Positions 61,719 to 64,000 of a DNA stretch of 64,000 nucleotides are shown one piece after another. The translations under genes were made by a program, and so were the position numbers. The notes beneath the pieces were generated by a model. That model was not told the origin of the DNA. It saw only the letters and a list, made by a program, of their open reading frames with translations, and did not search any database. Positions within the stretch are counted from its first letter, which is position 1, and every line of letters begins with the position of its first letter. Source of the stretch: an uncultured Candidatus Saccharibacteria bacterium (lineage in GTDB: Bacteria > Patescibacteriota > Minisyncoccia > Sungbacterales > JACQCQ01); contig CAZBTX010000003.1 in assembly GCA_964494945.1 (NCBI GenBank), positions 47,897 to 111,896 of the forward strand, written 5' to 3'.

Positions 61719-62447
61719 ATGAAGAAACTCTTCCTTTTCACATTATTTTTATTACTTGTAGCCAGCACTGTGTATGCGGCTAGTTCTGCTTTTTACTTTG
61801 TTTCTGCCAAGGAAAATGTAGCAGTAATATTTTTTAGCTATGATCAATGGAACCTTGTTCCATTTACTTCGACGGCCTGGTCTAAAATTATCACTAAGGA
61901 TAGTTTATCCGCTGAACTTAAAGAGCGTTTTAATGCGGCCGAGGTAGATATAAAGGAATCCGATATCACCGCCGCATTTGTCTTTGATTCTAAAGATCGA
62001 AAATATGTTCAAGTTGCTGGACGCGGAACGGATCAAAGTAAATTGCAGACAATTGATTACGACGATGTATCGCGTTATCCAGCCGTGTGGATCTATGTTA
62101 AAGCGGGAAGCGATAAACAATATGCTAAAAATATGTGGTTGAAGATTAACCCCGAACGAATGCCGAAAATAACGGACTTTACAATGAAACGCGGGTGGAA
62201 TTTCGTCTGGTTAACTCCTGACATCACTATGATATCTATGGCGTCGCTGAATGAATACAAAGGAACTTGCTCGATTGACAAAGTAGCGATATGGGAAGGC
62301 AAATGGAATGTTCATAATTACACTGCCGAGGTCGCACAAGATTTAAAAAATGGAACTCCTGGACCAATTTTTCTACTGAAAGTCATGAGCGATTGCCAAT
62401 TGCGGTATGAACCAGTGGTGCCTCAAGCCCCCTCTCTTCCTGAATAA
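61719..62447 (+). CDS. Secreted protein, 242 aa, paralog of 60849..61550; C-terminus ...YEPVVPQAPSLPE
   Basis: Signal peptide MKKLFLFTLFLLLVASTVYA; shared internal motifs (KGWNLVPL/RGWNFVWL, GGCDIIKSYAWW/GTCSIDKVAIWEG, SNDCVLS/SDCQLR). Confidence 0.6.
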   Translation: MKKLFLFTLFLLLVASTVYAASSAFYFVSAKENVAVIFFSYDQWNLVPFTSTAWSKIITKDSLSAELKERFNAAEVDIKESDITAAFVFDSKDRKYVQVAGRGTDQSKLQTIDYDDVSRYPAVWIYVKAGSDKQYAKNMWLKINPERMPKITDFTMKRGWNFVWLTPDITMISMASLNEYKGTCSIDKVAIWEGKWNVHNYTAEVAQDLKNGTPGPIFLLKVMSDCQLRYEPVVPQAPSLPE

Positions 62448-62597
62448 ATTATCTCTCGCCAAAGAAAAACTTGAAATTGTTAATGTTCGCGGTGGAGCTG
62501 CGCGGATTTCTCGCCCTCCCGACCCGAGCCCGCCGCAGGCGGGCGAGGATAGAATTCCGTTCGAGCTATATTCAAGATACACCGCTAGGAAAATTTT

Positions 62598-63062
62598 ATG
62601 ACAACTGATCCCATTATTATTGCTATAGCTGTTTTAGGGGCGCTAGCCATAGCAATGTCTTATTTTCTGTATGACACAAGAAAAAAGTTTCAGTGGCTTT
62701 TCAAAAGTGATTTGCCGGAAAACTACGGCCCTGCGCTGGCTCAAGCTCTGGAACGCATTGACTTGGCAGAAAAAGAAATTAAAGTATTGTCGTCAAGAGC
62801 CGATATATTGGAAAGTATTGCTCGTATCAGTTTCCAAAAAATAGGTTTCATGCGGTTTAATCCGTTTGAAAATACGGGCGGGGACCAGAGTTTTGCTTTG
62901 TGCCTTTTGGACAAAGACAATAACGGCGTTATAATCTCGTCGCTTTACGGTCGCGAAGGCACCAGGGTTTACGCCAAAGCCGTAGACCACGGAATACCGA
63001 AGCATCCTATAAGCAATGAAGAAAAAGAAGTGCTGGAAAGAGCGACACGTAAGAATTTCTAA
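62598..63062 (+). CDS. Hypothetical 154-aa membrane protein (single N-terminal TM)
   Basis: ORF; possible DUF-type family but not confidently recognised. Confidence 0.45.
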   Translation: MTTDPIIIAIAVLGALAIAMSYFLYDTRKKFQWLFKSDLPENYGPALAQALERIDLAEKEIKVLSSRADILESIARISFQKIGFMRFNPFENTGGDQSFALCLLDKDNNGVIISSLYGREGTRVYAKAVDHGIPKHPISNEEKEVLERATRKNF

Positions 63063-63186
63063 TTTCCAATATCTAATTTCTAATCCAAATCCTAATACCC
63101 AATACCCAATACCCAATACATTTCTACATCTTAGAGCATTTCATTAGAAATTAGGAATTAGTAATTGGGCATTGTGAAGAGACAAT

Positions 63187-64000
63187 ATGGCAAAGGCAAT
63201 TGCAGAAAAAACAAAGTTAGGGATGATGACGCGACCACCTGTCGTGGTGGTATTAGGTCACGTGGACCACGGGAAAACCACTTTGCTTGATTATATCCGG
63301 AAAACCCGTGTCGCCGAAAAAGAAACCGGCGGCATTACTCAACATATCGGCGCTTATACCGTTGATATACCGCGAAAAATAACTTTTATTGATACGCCGG
63401 GCCACGAGGCCTTTGCCGCCATGCGCTCGCGGGGTGTTAAGGTGGCTGATGTCGGAATACTGGTTGTCGCGGCTGATGAAGGAGTAAAACCGCAGACCAA
63501 AGAGGCAATTGATATTTTAAAATCAGCTAAACTGCCTTTCGCGGTTGCTATAAATAAAACCGACCGCGCGGGTAAAGACATAGAGCGCGTAAAAAAAGAG
63601 CTTTCGGAGAACGGCGTTCAGGTGGAATCATGGGGGGGCAATGTGCCCGCGGTAGAGGTCTCCGCCAAAACTGGAGATAAAGTTGATGAATTACTGGAAA
63701 CCATCGTGCTCTTGGCGGATTTGGAAAATTTGGCTGGTGATACCGAAGCTCCAGCGGAAGGCGTAGTGATTGAATCCCATCGCGACCCCAAACGTGGGGC
63801 CACCGCCACCATATTGATCAGGAACGGCAAACTTTCGCGGGGTAATTGCGTGGTCATAGATGGACACGCGAGCTCAGTGAAAATCCTTGAGGATTTTAAG
63901 GGCGGGACAATTGAAACCGCAGAACCCTCCGACCCCGTTAGAATTGCCGGACTTTCTGAAGTGCCAGCGGTTGGGTCTATGGTAAAAACATGCGAGACGA
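63187..64000 (+). CDS. infB: Translation initiation factor IF-2, 5' part (continues beyond the window); short form without a long N-terminal extension
   Basis: GTPase G1 '...VVVLGHVDHGKTTLLD', G3 DTPGHEAF, G4 NKTD; hand-translated since no stop lies in the window. Confidence 0.85.
   Translation, partial: MAKAIAEKTKLGMMTRPPVVVVLGHVDHGKTTLLDYIRKTRVAEKETGGITQHIGAYTVDIPRKITFIDTPGHEAFAAMRSRGVKVADVGILVVAADEGVKPQTKEAIDILKSAKLPFAVAINKTDRAGKDIERVKKELSENGVQVESWGGNVPAVEVSAKTGDKVDELLETIVLLADLENLAGDTEAPAEGVVIESHRDPKRGATATILIRNGKLSRGNCVVIDGHASSVKILEDFKGGTIETAEPSDPVRIAGLSEVPAVGSMVKTCET

Overview
This window looks like a compact, gene-dense bacterial chromosome of the Patescibacteria/CPR type, with about 47-50% GC in the core. 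The CPR call is inference from four things: most core genes lack a Shine-Dalgarno sequence, IF-2 is short, NusA carries a large insertion, and there is a type IV pilus cluster.

Core genes I can support:
- H+-pyrophosphatase (hppA) and nusA, 2.3-5.8 kb.
- A type IV pilus cluster with pilB/C/M/N/O, three prepilin-like genes and a large pilus-associated protein, 6.1-17 kb.
- hisS next to tRNA-His.
- lnt, nth, htrA, and an AbrB + MacA/MacB-like efflux operon.
- A LOG-family gene, an ECF sigma/anti-sigma pair, and the 5' part of infB.
- Five tRNAs: Arg-TCT, His-GTG, Arg-CCT, Ala-GGC and Ser-CGA.

Three accessory layers sit on top of this:
1. A low-GC (about 33-40%) cell-envelope polysaccharide/teichoic-acid-type cluster at 34.7-43.7 kb, two toxin-antitoxin pairs, and AT-rich secreted paralogs at 60.8-62.4 kb.
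2. At least 13 compact genes of unknown function with about 55-65% GC. They are scattered through the window, often right next to tRNA genes. Each has a canonical GGAGG ribosome-binding site and a GC-rich perfect-stem terminator. The 1-1.8 kb block, six single-gene insertions, the secreted pair at 44.2-45.1 kb and the 54.8-58.6 kb group all belong to this class.
3. A family of short inverted-repeat (MITE-like) elements with CCCCCACACCA termini. One copy encloses a GIY-YIG nuclease gene, one encloses tRNA-Arg(TCT), and one overlaps the nusA stop codon.

Other notable content:
- A YcaO + SagB-type dehydrogenase pair (azoline/TOMM-like machinery) next to an odd Cys/poly-Gly membrane protein, with a decayed SagB paralog nearby.
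- A tRNA-Ser locus full of partial tRNA copies and nested inverted repeats.
- An ArsR-family regulator whose 7-5-7 palindrome recurs four times, including upstream of a GNAT gene and of a high-GC unknown-function gene.
- Several other palindromic candidate operators and lineage-specific intergenic repeat families.

I found no rRNA and no CRISPR array.
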